Shown in pieces: positions 13,191 through 24,952 of a stretch of 64,000 nucleotides of DNA. How positions within the stretch are numbered: the stretch's first letter is position 1; every line of letters starts with the position of its first letter. Under the pieces are notes generated by a model. It did not search any database. It saw only the letters and a program-made list of their open reading frames with translations, and was not told where the DNA came from. The position numbers and the translations under genes are program-made. The stretch is from NCBI RefSeq assembly GCF_006345805.1, contig NC_043018.1, positions 7,626,001 through 7,690,000 of the forward strand, in the 5' to 3' direction. This DNA is from Octopus sinensis. Its lineage: Eukaryota.

Positions 13191-13393
13191 AGGGGGTGCG
13201 TGTGCGTGAACGCGTGTGTGAATGGTCAGTAATTTTCTTGTATTCCTATCACTATAGCAATATTCTTGGAGTTCTTCAATGAAATCAGAGAGAATTAAGG
13301 AAAGAAAAAAAGAGGGGAAGGGAAGATAAGAGGAAGTTGACATTGGAGAGAGAGAGAGAGAGCGAGACAGAGAGGGGGAGGGGGGGAATTGTG

Positions 13394-13401
13394 TGACGTC
13401 A
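13394..13401. promoter_or_regulatory. Perfect CRE palindrome TGACGTCA in non-transposon, CpG-containing sequence
   Basis: Motif only; no transcript evidence. Confidence 0.2.
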
Positions 13402-13711
13402 GTTGGCTGGACGTTTGACGGGGAAGAGGTGGGAGGAAGAGTTTGTGTTTGGAAACTGGAAGACTAAATCGGTGGTGGGAGGGGGAAATAGAAGTGGAAG
13501 GAGGAAAGTCAGTGATGAGGATGACAATGGTGATGATGGTGGTGATGGTGATGATGATGATGTTGATGGCGATCAGCATCAAAAAACAAAACCATGAAAA
13601 CCGTTTAAACATTCTGTAATGAAAAGAAGACGCTGTCTTAAGAATTGATTTTTGCAATTGTAGTACAGTGTGTTCACATACATACATACAGACAGACATA
13701 CATGCATACTC

Positions 13712-13909
13712 TTTTATTTGTTTCAGTCATTTGACTGCGGCCATGCTGAAGCACCGCCTTTAGTCGAGCAAATCGACCCCAGGACTTATTCTTTGTAAGC
13801 CTAGTACTTATTCTATCGGTCTCTTTTGCCGAACCGCTAAGTTACGGGAACATAAACACAACACCATCGGTTGTCAAGCGATGTTGGGGGGACAAACACA
13901 GACACACAA

Positions 13910-13953
<44 letters not shown>

Positions 13954-14503
13954 CTATATATAAACGGCAGTTTGTCTGTGCGTGTTTCTGTGTGTCTGTT
14001 TGCTTGTACCCTCACCCTGACCACGGCTTTCAACCGATTCTGATGAAACTTGACACACACATAGCCCAATGTCATAATTCAAAACTAACGCAGCGAAAAT
14101 TTTGAAAAGTTCCCCCAGTTCTGAAAAAAATCGATAAATTCGACATGGGGTCGCGAATCAGAAACACAAACCACAGACTGTCTAGGGGACGCAACTCGAC
14201 CTTTTAAACTAAAAAAAAAATTTACCATAATTTTTTTTACATTTTTTGGCTATAACTCTCTAAAAATGCTTTATAGTTATTTCACTTACAAACCCGAGCA
14301 ACGCCGGGCGATACTGCTAGTATATATATATACATATATACGACGGGCTTCTTTTCAGTTTCCGCCTACCAAATCCACTCACAAGGCTTTAGTCGGCCCG
14401 AGGCTATGGTAGAAGACACTTGCCCAAGGTGCCACGCAGTGGGACTGAACCCGGAACCATGTGGTTGGTAAGCACGCTACTTACCACACAGCCACTCCTG
14501 CGC
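13712..14503 (-). mobile_element. SINE family 1 copy with a nested Helitron. Further minus-strand copies at about 16801-17361, 23021-23408, 24104-24505, 30485-30925 and 42195-42595
   Basis: Same head, body and tail sequence as 6509..9572. Confidence 0.82.
13953..14320 (+). mobile_element. Non-autonomous Helitron nested in a SINE microsatellite
   Basis: A|TCTATATATAAA ... CCCGAGCAACGCCGGGCGATACTGCTAG|T. Confidence 0.85.
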
Positions 14504-14536
14504 CTACATATATTCTCTTATTTTTTCTTTTATCGG

Positions 14537-14712
14537 TTTCAGCTCAAAGCTGCGGCCATGCTGGGACACCGCCATTTAGCCACACTGTTATAATTGAGAG
14601 CTTCGTCTGCGATGTGACATTTTGGTGAATAAGGGAGTTTGATACCGCTGCCCTCATTTGCGCCTCCTGTCGAGAGATAGGTTCATCTGGGACTCTCGAA
14701 AGGAAGAGAACC
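14537..14712 (-). mobile_element. 3' end of a related CR1-like LINE
   Basis: FLSRVPDEPISRQEAQMRAAVSNSLIHQ, similar to the end of ORF 32449..33096, followed by the same 3' tail. Confidence 0.75.
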
Positions 14713-14835
14713 CAGTTTCCACAAAAACTGTTCGCCGGGAGCTGCACAAAGCTGGATTTCACGGGAGGGCTGCAATCAGAAAACAACTTCTTTCAAAAAC
14801 AAACGTTGCAAAGCATTTAGGGTGGAGTAAAAACC
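14709..14835 (+). mobile_element. Tc1-like transposase fragment (HTH region)
   Basis: PVSTKTVRRELHKAGFHGRAAIRKQLLSKTNVAKHLGW in ORF 14658..14885. Confidence 0.7.
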
Positions 14836-15927
14836 AACAGAATTCTGATTCATTCTCTGATGTGAATTCTGCTCTTGTGGGGTGATTAAGATTTTTTGGT
14901 TGGGGTCTAATATTCTGTAAGGGATTATTTCAATCAGATTTTTTCATTTTGGGGCTTAGTAGGAGTATAGGTAAGTTTTGATTTTATGGTGTGAAAGATG
15001 TAAGTTATCCCAGAACTATGTGTTAACAAACGGCATCGTGTGTTCATTAATTTTTTCCTTGGGTGTTCGTAGTTAGACGATGCTTAGTTTCATCGCCTTT
15101 TTAATTCCCTTATTAATTAATCCCAAAGGGTATTTCTGCATTGTGAGGAAGACTTCGAGTCGGATTTCACGTATTTAGGGGTCAGTCACTATAGCACAGA
15201 TGCGTCTTGCTACGCTGTATGGGATGTTTCTTTTGATGTGTGGCGGATGGCAAGATTAGAAATTTAAATATTGGTGTGTGTCAGTTTTTTTGGGGTTTTT
15301 TTTTTTGTAAAATACGTCTGTTGTAACTGTGAAGTTCTGTAATTTTATGTGGATATCCAGGAATGGTAATTCATTGCAACTGGATTTTGTCGAGAATTTA
15401 ATGGATGGGTGAAGTGTGTTCAGTATAATGTCAGGTATACAAAGGTCCTCGTTTGATCTGTCCCCAAAAATGAAGCAATCATCAAGGAAGCGTTTCACCT
15501 TTTTAATGATATGTTTCTTGTACTTCTGATCAAAAGTTTTCTCTACTTCCTCGTAAAGCTTTTTTCCAAGTATCCAATGACTACGTTCGCATATGAGGGT
15601 GCAAACTGCGTCCCCATAGCTGTGCCTTATAACTGTAAATATGTTTTATTATCGAATCTAAAGGTATTTTCTTCTAGTACCAGGCATATGGCCTTCGTGA
15701 TGAAGTCAGTCTTGAAGCATTCATTTATCCGTCTTCTATGTTTCTCTACGCAATGCTTGACTGCTTCTAGGCCTAAAGCGTTGGGTATATTAGAATAAAG
15801 ATTGGTGACATCAAAACTTGTAAGTATAGTATCTTCTGGGACAGTGGGGGGAATGTGCTGGATGAAATCTATGTTACCCCGTATATAACTGGGTATTAAA
15901 GGGCACAAAGATTTTAGGAGTATATCT

Positions 15928-16375
15928 GGATCTTTTCGGTTTGAACGGCAGTTTTTTCTAGCGGTGTCATATGAAATTGTCACCCATAATTATGACCCTA
16001 GTATCGATCTATTGCATTTCAATCTGTTTTAGGGTTAGGGTTAGTATCGATCTATTGCATTCAATCTGTTTTAGGGTTAGGGGTGGAGGAAGGGTATCTG
16101 TTTTTCTTCAGAAATGTAAATAAAACCAATCTGTTTCTTCAACGAGGGACATATTCATACGACACAGAATGTTTTTTACCTCAATAGACGTCAGTGATTG
16201 GTTGAAATTGCAGAAATTGAAAAAAACAACAAATATCTTACAAACTACAGAATTTTCTCAATAAAGCCAAGAGAAAAAGATGTTTTACAAACACATTCTA
16301 CTAGTATACGAAGTTTAAAATTTTTTAGTTACCTAGAAATTATGTTAAAAACTGCCGTTCAAACCGAAAAGATCC
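15928..16375 (+). mobile_element. GG-ended MITE (Merlin-like), inside the Penelope RT
   Basis: TIRs; 8-bp TSD GTATATCT (15920-15927 and 16376-16383); removing it restores SHFLDILLKSLCP. Confidence 0.9.
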
Positions 16376-17010
16376 GTATATCTAAAAAATGGCTTAGTTG
16401 TTGTGTTGGTGCTTGAGGTCCAGCAACTATTGGTCGTATTTCTTTATTATAGGCACAATGGCCTGATTATATAGAGAATACATGCGGGGACACAAAACCA
16501 ATGAAAAATTGACAATGAAATGAATATAAACAGGATGTAAATGAGACAACCGCCTCGCCCCCGCTGCGAGACGAACCGGGATTATCTTGCTTTCTTAAAC
16601 TTACAACAATATCTTTACAAAAAACATTGATTTTTACATCTGTTCTAGCTTCGCTACAATGCGAAACTGTGTCCTTTTCTTTCATCTTTTGTTCTACAGT
16701 TCGTATTTGTCCTTTTACGAATTACAATTTTCCTTTCTTTTTTCTTTTTTTTTTCAACATGTTTGTCTGTTCCTCAATTTTTCATTATTACAATTTATAA
16801 TACTCTTTACTCTTTTACTCTTTTACTTGTTTCAGTCATTTGCCTGTGGTCATGCTGGAGCACCGCCTTTTAGTCGAGCAAATCGACTCCAGGACTTATT
16901 CTTTGTAAGCCTAGTACTTATTCTATCGGTCTCTTTTGCCGAACCGCTAAGTGACGGGGACGTAAACACACCAGCATCGGTTGCCAAGTGATGTTGAGGA
17001 GACAAACGCA

Positions 17011-17108
<98 letters not shown>

Positions 17109-17169
17109 AAAGTTTACGAAAATAAACAAAAGACAAAGGCAGGTGTTGTACAAACAAACAAATGTATTA

Positions 17170-17220
<51 letters not shown>

Positions 17221-17728
17221 TACGACGGGCTTCTTTCAGTTTCCGTCTACAAAATCCACTCACAAGGCTTTGGTCGACCCGAGGCTGTAGTAGAAGACAC
17301 TTGCCCAAGGTGCCACGCAGTGGGACTGAACCCAGGACCATGTGGCTGGTAAGCAAACTACGTTCATTTTTCTTCTTTTTCCTTCGTGATTTTTCTACAT
17401 CTTCCTACTTACCTTTTTCACCCTTCCCGTTATGTTTCTCTCCGTTTCTTTTTTCCTTCCTTCATCTCCTCGCCCTTCTGGTTCTTCTCTCCGCTGCAAC
17501 CCCACATTCTGCCCTCCCTCATGTTCCGGTTCATCCGTATCTCTATTCGACTGTGCTTGTTCGTTCTCTCTTTGCGTATCTCTGCTCTATCTCTCCTGGT
17601 TCCCCTGTTTCGCCTCCTCGTCGCTTTGTATTTCTATTTCTTCTTTTAGCAACCATTGGTCTTAATTTGAGGTCAGCAGGCCTTAGTATTTTTATGCATC
17701 GGTTCTTCTGCCTATTTATGGCACTTTG

Positions 17729-18143
17729 GGATCTTTTCGGTTTGAACGGCAGTTTTTAAAAATAATCTCCACGTAACTAAACACTTTTAAACTTCGTATA
17801 CTGGTAGAATGTGTTTATAAAACATCTTTTTCTCTTGGCTTTATTGAGAAAATTCTATAGTTTGTAAGATATTTGTTGTTGTTTTTCTTCAATTTCTGCA
17901 ATTTCAACCAATCAATGACGTCTATTGAGGTGAAAACATTCTGTGCAGTATGAATATGTCCCTCGTTTAAGAAACAGATTGGGTTTATTTACATTTCTGA
18001 AGAAAAAATATACCCTTCCTCCCACCCCTAACCCTAACCCTAAAATAGATTGAAATGCAATAAATTGATACTAGGGTCATATTATTGGTGACAATTTCAT
18101 ATGACACCGCTAGAAAAAACTGCCGTTCAAACCGAAAAGATCC
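17729..18143 (-). mobile_element. GG-ended MITE (Merlin-like), inside the Penelope element
   Basis: TIRs; 8-bp TSD GCACTTTG (17721-17728 and 18144-18151). Confidence 0.9.
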
Positions 18144-18515
18144 GCACTTTGTATTTCGGAGCTCTCTTTCATTACAGTGTACCATATATAATCTTTCTCC
18201 TTGTCTGTGAAGGAATTTTGGTATTCATTGATTAGTGTTCTGGTTTTATTCGTTATTGTTTTTCTGGGTGTCTTGGTTCTTCCTTGTAGGAGGCTTGGTT
18301 TCTTAAAATTTCAAATATTTTGTCTTTATACAAGTCCTTGTCCATGATTACTATCGCTCCTCCCTTATCGGCCTCTTTTAGGATGACTGAGTTGTAATTC
18401 TTCAGTGTTCGTAAGGCTTCATTTTCTTCCTCAGGAAGGTTTTGCTTGCATCTGTAGATATTTAGGGGAAATTTTGAAATTGTGACTATATACGCGTCTA
18501 AATATTTGTCATTTC

Positions 18516-18927
18516 GGATCTTTTCTGTTTGAACGGCAGTTTTTTTCTAGCGGTGTCATATGAAATTGTAACCCATAATTATGACCCTAGTATCGATCTA
18601 TTGCATTTCAATCTGTTTTAGGGTTAGGGGTGAGGGGAAGGGTATCTTTTTTTCTTCACAAATGTAAATAAAACCAATCTGTTTCTTAAACGAGGGACAT
18701 ATTCATACGGCACCGAATGTTTTTTACCTCAATAGACATCACTGATTGGTTGAAATTTCAGAAATTGAAGGAAAAAAACAACAAATATCTTACAACCTAT
18801 AGAATTTTCTCAATAAAGCCAAGAGAAAAAGATGTTTTATAAACACATTCTACCAGTATACGAAGTTTAAAATTTTTTAGTTAGCTAGAAATTATGTTAA
18901 AAACTGCCGTTCAAACCGAAAAGATCC
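18516..18927 (+). mobile_element. GG-ended MITE (Merlin-like), inside the Penelope element
   Basis: TIRs; 8-bp TSD GTCATTTC/GTGATTTC (one mismatch). Confidence 0.88.
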
Positions 18928-19545
18928 GTGATTTCCCTTGCAGGGGGTGAACTGGGATTTATTTCTGACTATTGATTCATCATTTATATCCTTATTGCCG
19001 AAGAATTCTATAAGTCGGAGGTGGCGGTTGAAGTGTTCAGCATCAGATTTCAGTTCAATGAGATTAGGGCTGTGTGTCGGGATAAACTTGAAACCTTTTA
19101 ATAGGAGGTCATCTCATTCATGTTGAGGTTTCTATTTGACAAATTTATGTTCTTCGGGTGTATGTGTTCTGTGTGTGTTCATTAAAATTTTGTGCTGTGT
19201 CGGATCTGGTGTGTGATTGTGGTGTTTTCTCCCCCCAAAAAATGAATTGTGATTTCCGGGTTCTGCTTCCCATGTACGCGGGAAGGGATGGTTCTTGCTT
19301 TTTGCACGAATTCCCTTGTCTATTCCGGTGTCAACAAAAAACTAAAAACACTTTTCTCCTCTTCTAAACAAAACAAAAAAAAACATCTGTTTTATATAAA
19401 TAAACAACCTGTTTGTACATTCAGCAAAAAAATTGGATTTGACAAGTTCCGAAAACAAACGAAAGCGCTAATAGTAATACTAAATAAAAAGTATTCAATA
19501 TCTGTACACCACTTCTAACACGCTATACATATACATATATATATG

Positions 19546-19589
<44 letters not shown>

Positions 19590-19604
19590 GATGTATATAT
19601 ATAT

Positions 19605-19672
<68 letters not shown>

Positions 19673-21264
19673 GCATAAATATATACATATATACATACAA
19701 ATGCATATATATATATATACATACATATATACATATACATTCATACACACACATATATATATATATACATACATATATATACATAGGATAAGAGAAATTA
19801 CAGAAGGAACACTTGTAAGTAATCAATACAAATTCCTAAACACAATTTAACGCACTCAACCAAATAAATATACATATAAATTTATATAAATAAGTGAATA
19901 AATGTATGTTTATATAAATTTATTTTTTTGCCTGCTTTAAATCTGCTTTTTGAATTTGTATTGATTACCTAAATGTACTTTTCCTATAATTTCTCTTATC
20001 TTTCGATTTAGCTCGCAATGAGCCCATATATTGTGAAATATACTTAAAAACATACAAAATTCTGTCTGTCGTTGTGTTTGTGGAGTTGTTAGCTAACTCC
20101 TCCTATATCGTTTTATCGATTTTGATAAAACTTGACACGTGACCATAACTCATGTCTGGAAACCTCATGACATACTCAGATTGTTGAAAAAAATCGATAT
20201 TAGAGACCCTGGAAGGGATCCTTATAAATATCTAATATATTTTATTCTAAAAACCAAGGGAAATAAACCATTCGCCCCTGGAAGGGATCCTTATATGTAG
20301 CCAAGGGAAATAATTCATTCATTTTCCTAAATTATTTTGGTAAAAATGAAATTGTGTATGCTTATTTCTTAGTAGTTGAACTGTTAGAGTTATTTTCGCA
20401 ATTTATCCAGTACAACCCTCAAACAAGTAAATTGTACTTTCTTAAACAATAGATCCACTTATTTCGGTTAGTGACTTATTAAAGAATATACCAACACTAG
20501 CGTCCCTGAGGGTAATATTCTCTAGAAACGCACAAAAGCTCTTTTCAGAATTATTTACTTTGAATTGTTATTATTTCATATCTGATTAGCCGGTAATTAC
20601 GTAACAACAATATATACGTTTTTATTATTATTTTGCAATTTACTCTATCATTGGTATATTATTGTTATTATATTTTCAATATTTCTATTATTGTAATTTT
20701 CTAGATGGTGTAATTTGATTGTTCTTTTGAATTGATAAAAGGTGGGTTTTTTTCCTAATTTATATATATATATTATATTGTGTGAAATTTGATTTAGTAT
20801 TTCTAAATTGAATTTTTCCCTGTAAGTTAGGAGTAATATTCCCTCAAATAATTATTTTATATATATATATATATAATTTCTGTCGGCTTACTTGGAGACG
20901 CGTGCTTATAGTGATAAATTATATGGTTATTGACAATTTGTCTATTTTCGGCATATTTGGCATTAGAATTTTTTTCTTTTGCCCTTGTTTATAAGTTGTT
21001 TATAAATTTAACCTTTAAAGGTATTTTTTAATATGCTGGCCATTGATAGAATCTTTTCGAAAATTTTTTAGCCTATATTAGATGAAATTTAATAGTGTTC
21101 ACTTCCGGACTCTCTCACTCTATGAGAGTTTTCAGTCCAATCGCACGTGACTCGAGGTGTGCTGGAGAATTTCTATTTTGGATATATTTGGAGTACTTAG
21201 GTGTGCTCATGACTTAGTGTTTGCTTCTTCCATGGGTATAAGTAAGTATTTCATTTATTTCTTA

Positions 21265-21337
21265 CCGTATTTATCGCCGACGAGGAGAAAATTCTTATGA
21301 ATTAACTCTGAAATTGGGACCGATACGATAATAACGG
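21265..21337 (+). ncRNA. Type I hammerhead ribozyme fold (core CCGACGA...GAAA, AUA triplet)
   Basis: Stem I TTATCG/CGATAA extended by CCGT/ACGG; stem II GGAG/CTCT plus AATTC/GAATT; stem III ATTG/CGAT; U4C core variant. Confidence 0.62.
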
Positions 21338-21469
21338 GATTTTTTAGAAATTTCTGTCGGTTTACTTCGAGACGCGTGCTTATAGTGATAAAGTATATGG
21401 TTATTGACGATTTGTCTATTTTCGGCATATTTGGCATTACATTTTTTCCTTTTGCCCTTGTTTATAAGT

Positions 21470-21528
<59 letters not shown>

Positions 21529-22449
21529 GTTGTATACTGTCAACATAACGTGACAGTCCCGTAAGGGAATTACAACACCGCTGTTTAGCCCTAGGAAGCA
21601 TCGACGCTTCCTGTCGGCTTTGACACATTTTCTGTGTCCTTATATTTGCGAGGCACCCCCACCAGTTCTAATATATATATATATATATATTCATTCACAT
21701 ATATACATATAACATTCATTCCAGCTCTCTGTACAATGAATCTAGCTTGTTTTTTTTTCTTTCTTTTTTTTTGACCTTCCATGGATAATGCATCAGATCA
21801 CTTTTCCGCTCTGTCTTTACATGCACCAGTAATTCTCTGGCGTTGATTCTTCTCACCGTCTTGTCTCTTAATTAGCATGTGATTCCAAGTACCAAAGGTA
21901 TTCTAGTCATGACCACCTATTTTGTCCTTTGTTTCATTCATGGCGTATCTCAGACTTCATTTTAAGATAGTAAGGTGCGATTTGAAAAAAGATTTGGCTG
22001 CTGTTTTTGTAGGTCACTTCTCAAAAGTTTATAGTCATCATCGTTTAACGTCCGCGCTCTCAATGTTGGCATGTGTTAAACGGTTTGACATGGAGATGTC
22101 CGGACTCCAACTGTCTTTCTTAGCATGGTTTCTATAGTTGGATGCCCTTCCTAACGCCAACCACTTAACAGGGTGTGCTGGGTATTTTCTACGTATCACC
22201 GTCGCGCGCAACCGACACGGGTGCTTTTTAAGTGGGACCAGCACCCGAAAGGACGAAGCCAGTGTGTATGGAAGACGGCGATTTAACTTAGCTCGACGTG
22301 TCTTTTCAAGCACAGCAAATCGCTACCTCTCCGGGTCCCTTATCATTTGCTGGTATTAACTATGCTGTTATTGTTTAACCCCAGGCTAACTCACGGTGAG
22401 AATGCTTATGTCCATCTGCAGCCACCCTGTCTTTTTTATTTAGCTATTA

Positions 22450-22752
22450 CTAGCAGTATCGCCCGGCGTTGCTCTGGTAAGGGAAATAACTATATAAGCA
22501 TTTTAGAGAGTTACTTCCCTTATATAACCCGAGTAAAAATCAGTAAAAATGCGGAAAAATGATGGTAAATTTTTTTTTAATCGTAGACTCATCGTAGACG
22601 CGCGCTAACACCCAGAAGGGCTCGATATGAATGACGACTATAAGATACCCGCTTTTGGTTAAACTGAACCGCAAAATGTGGGAGTAGTTAGGAATCTAAA
22701 TCGGAGGAGACAGAGTCTCACACACACACAACTTCAATTTTATATATAAAGA
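22450..22752 (-). mobile_element. Non-autonomous Helitron
   Basis: A|TC ... CTAG|T termini on the minus strand; body matches 1358..1756. Confidence 0.82.
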
Positions 22753-24314
22753 TTTATCTACAATATTATAGTTTTTGTTTTTATTCCCTTGCCTGTCTAA
22801 ACTATTTTCATAAGATTGTCCTGGAACGTCCATACTTGCTTCCAAACTTTTAGTCGGCCCTTGTTTTATACATTCTGAGTAATATTAAGCTTTCCTTTCG
22901 TAATTCCCAAGTTACTCTGATGGTTGAAAAAAAAGATTGGGTGAGTATATCGGATATGGATGCCAGGGAAATAATAAGCCCTGAGATGATTTTTAAACAC
23001 TCTCTCTCTCTCTCTCTCTCTTTACTTGTTTCAGTCATTTGACTGTGGCCATGCTGGAGCACCGCCTTTAGTCGAGCAAATCGACCCCAGGACTTATTCT
23101 TTGTAAGCCTAGTACTTATTCTATCGGTCACTTTTGCCGAACAGCTAAGTTACGGGGACGTAAACACACCAGCATCGGTTGTCAAGCGATGTTGGGGGGA
23201 CAAACAGACACACACATACATACATACATACATATATATATACATATATACGACGAGCTTCTTTCAGTTTCCGTCTACCAAATCCACTGACAAGGCTTTG
23301 GTCGGCCCGTGGCTATAGTAGAAGACACTTGCCCAAGGTGAAGTGGGACTGAACCCGAAACCATGTGGTTCGTAAGCAAGCTACTTACCACACAGCCACT
23401 CCTACGTCTATGACAGTTGACTTAGTGGATTTAAACATTTCATTTTTTGACAAAACCCTTCTTGTTTGAAAATCTAATCCCCCCTCTATTTTTCAGGTAA
23501 ATAGCGAACTGATTCGACAACAGCAAGTGGTCATGGAACAAGAGAATCGTTCCACCATTGTTGTTTTGGCTACGTCTCGTCTAAGATTTTATGCTGAATT
23601 ATTTATAATATATATTAACCAAGGGGATTTAATCCAAAAGTATCAGAGTTATTCCCCTTCAATAGAAGACGAAACAGAAAAATGGAGACTGCCAATTATA
23701 ATAGATGCTGGTGGATACGATGATGCATTTACCTAGTGTCTTGTTTATGGTTTAAGGTGGCGAGCTGGCAGAAACGTTAGCACGCTGGGCGAAATTCGTA
23801 GCCGTAATTCGTCTGTCACTACGTTCTGAGTTCAAATTCCGCCGAGGTTGACTTTGCCTTTCATCCTTTTGGGGTCGATTAAATAAGTACCAGTTACGCA
23901 CTGGGGTCGATATAATCGACTTAATCCGTTTGTCTGGCCTTGTTTGTCCTCTCTGTGCTTAGTCCCTTGTGGGTAGTAAAGAAATAGGTTTAAAACCCTT
24001 TGACATTTGCTAATCTAATGATAATAGGGTTATATATGCTGTTTATATAGAGTAGTATGCCTTTTCTAAGGTTTAACAGTTTGTTGTGAATAATATATAT
24101 TCTTTTGACTTGTTTCAGACATTTGACTGCGGTCATGTTGGAGCACCGCCTTAAAGGGTCTTTTAATCGAAGAAATCGACCCCAGAGCTTATTCTTTGTA
24201 AGCCTAGCACTTATTTTATCGTTCTCTTAAGTCGAACTTCAAGGTTACGAGGATGTAAATACACCAACATCGGCTGTTAAGCGATGTTGGGGGACAAACA
24301 CAAAGGAACACACA

Positions 24315-24351
<37 letters not shown>

Positions 24352-24531
24352 GACGGATTTTTTTTTAGTTTCCGTCTCCCAAATCTACTCACAAAGTTTT
24401 GGTCGGCCCCGAGGCTATAGTAGAAGACACTTTCCCAAAGTCCACGCAGTGGGACTGAACTCGGAACCATGTGGTTGAGTGCAAGCTTCTTACCACACAA
24501 CCACACACACATGTGTATATATATATTTATA

Positions 24532-24952
24532 CTAGCAGTTAAGCCCGGTTTCACCCGGTCGGTTTTTGATGATGTAGTTGTAAAACCTGCTCTGTGTAAG
24601 CATTCGACTTGTTTGGGCACGCTTACGTTAAAAAAACAATTTTAGAATGATATTTTCTGTCAAAACGCTAAAAATAACTGACCAACCAAAAAGAAAAAAA
24701 AAACACTACCAAGTATGACATAACCCCTTCCTTATCGTACACCCCTTCCTTTCTCATTCATAAACACAAGAGTATTATTATAGTATTTTATCTCGGTAAC
24801 CATGGGTGCTATGAAAAAAAATACAAAGCCCAGCATCTCCACCGGATCATTCTACACATCAGTGTAATTTTTCGCGCAATTCCACCCAACCGTTTGACCG
24901 TGAATCCCAAGACAGGAAAAAAAACCACACATGTCAAATTTATATGTATAGA
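24532..24952 (-). mobile_element. Non-autonomous Helitron, different subfamily
   Basis: A|TCTATACATATAAA ... CCGGGTGAAACCGGG hairpin ... CTGCTAG|T on the minus strand. Confidence 0.7.

Larger units (their letters stand above)
14870..19340 (-). mobile_element. Penelope-like retroelement (RT region), decayed and split by four nested insertions
   Basis: Motifs in order on the minus strand: KGFKFIP, HLRLIEFF, VRNKSQFTP, KEADKGGAIVIMDK, LRP(M/I)VAGPQAPT, TSFDVTNLYSNIP, GTAMGTQFAPSYAN, RFLDDCF, LPFLDI, TDVFYK..TDTHQYLNF. Confidence 0.88.

Noticed and set aside
12352-13343. 239-aa and 293-aa Ser/Leu/Phe-rich ORFs
   Set aside because: Reverse complement of GA-rich low-complexity DNA containing a tandem duplication.
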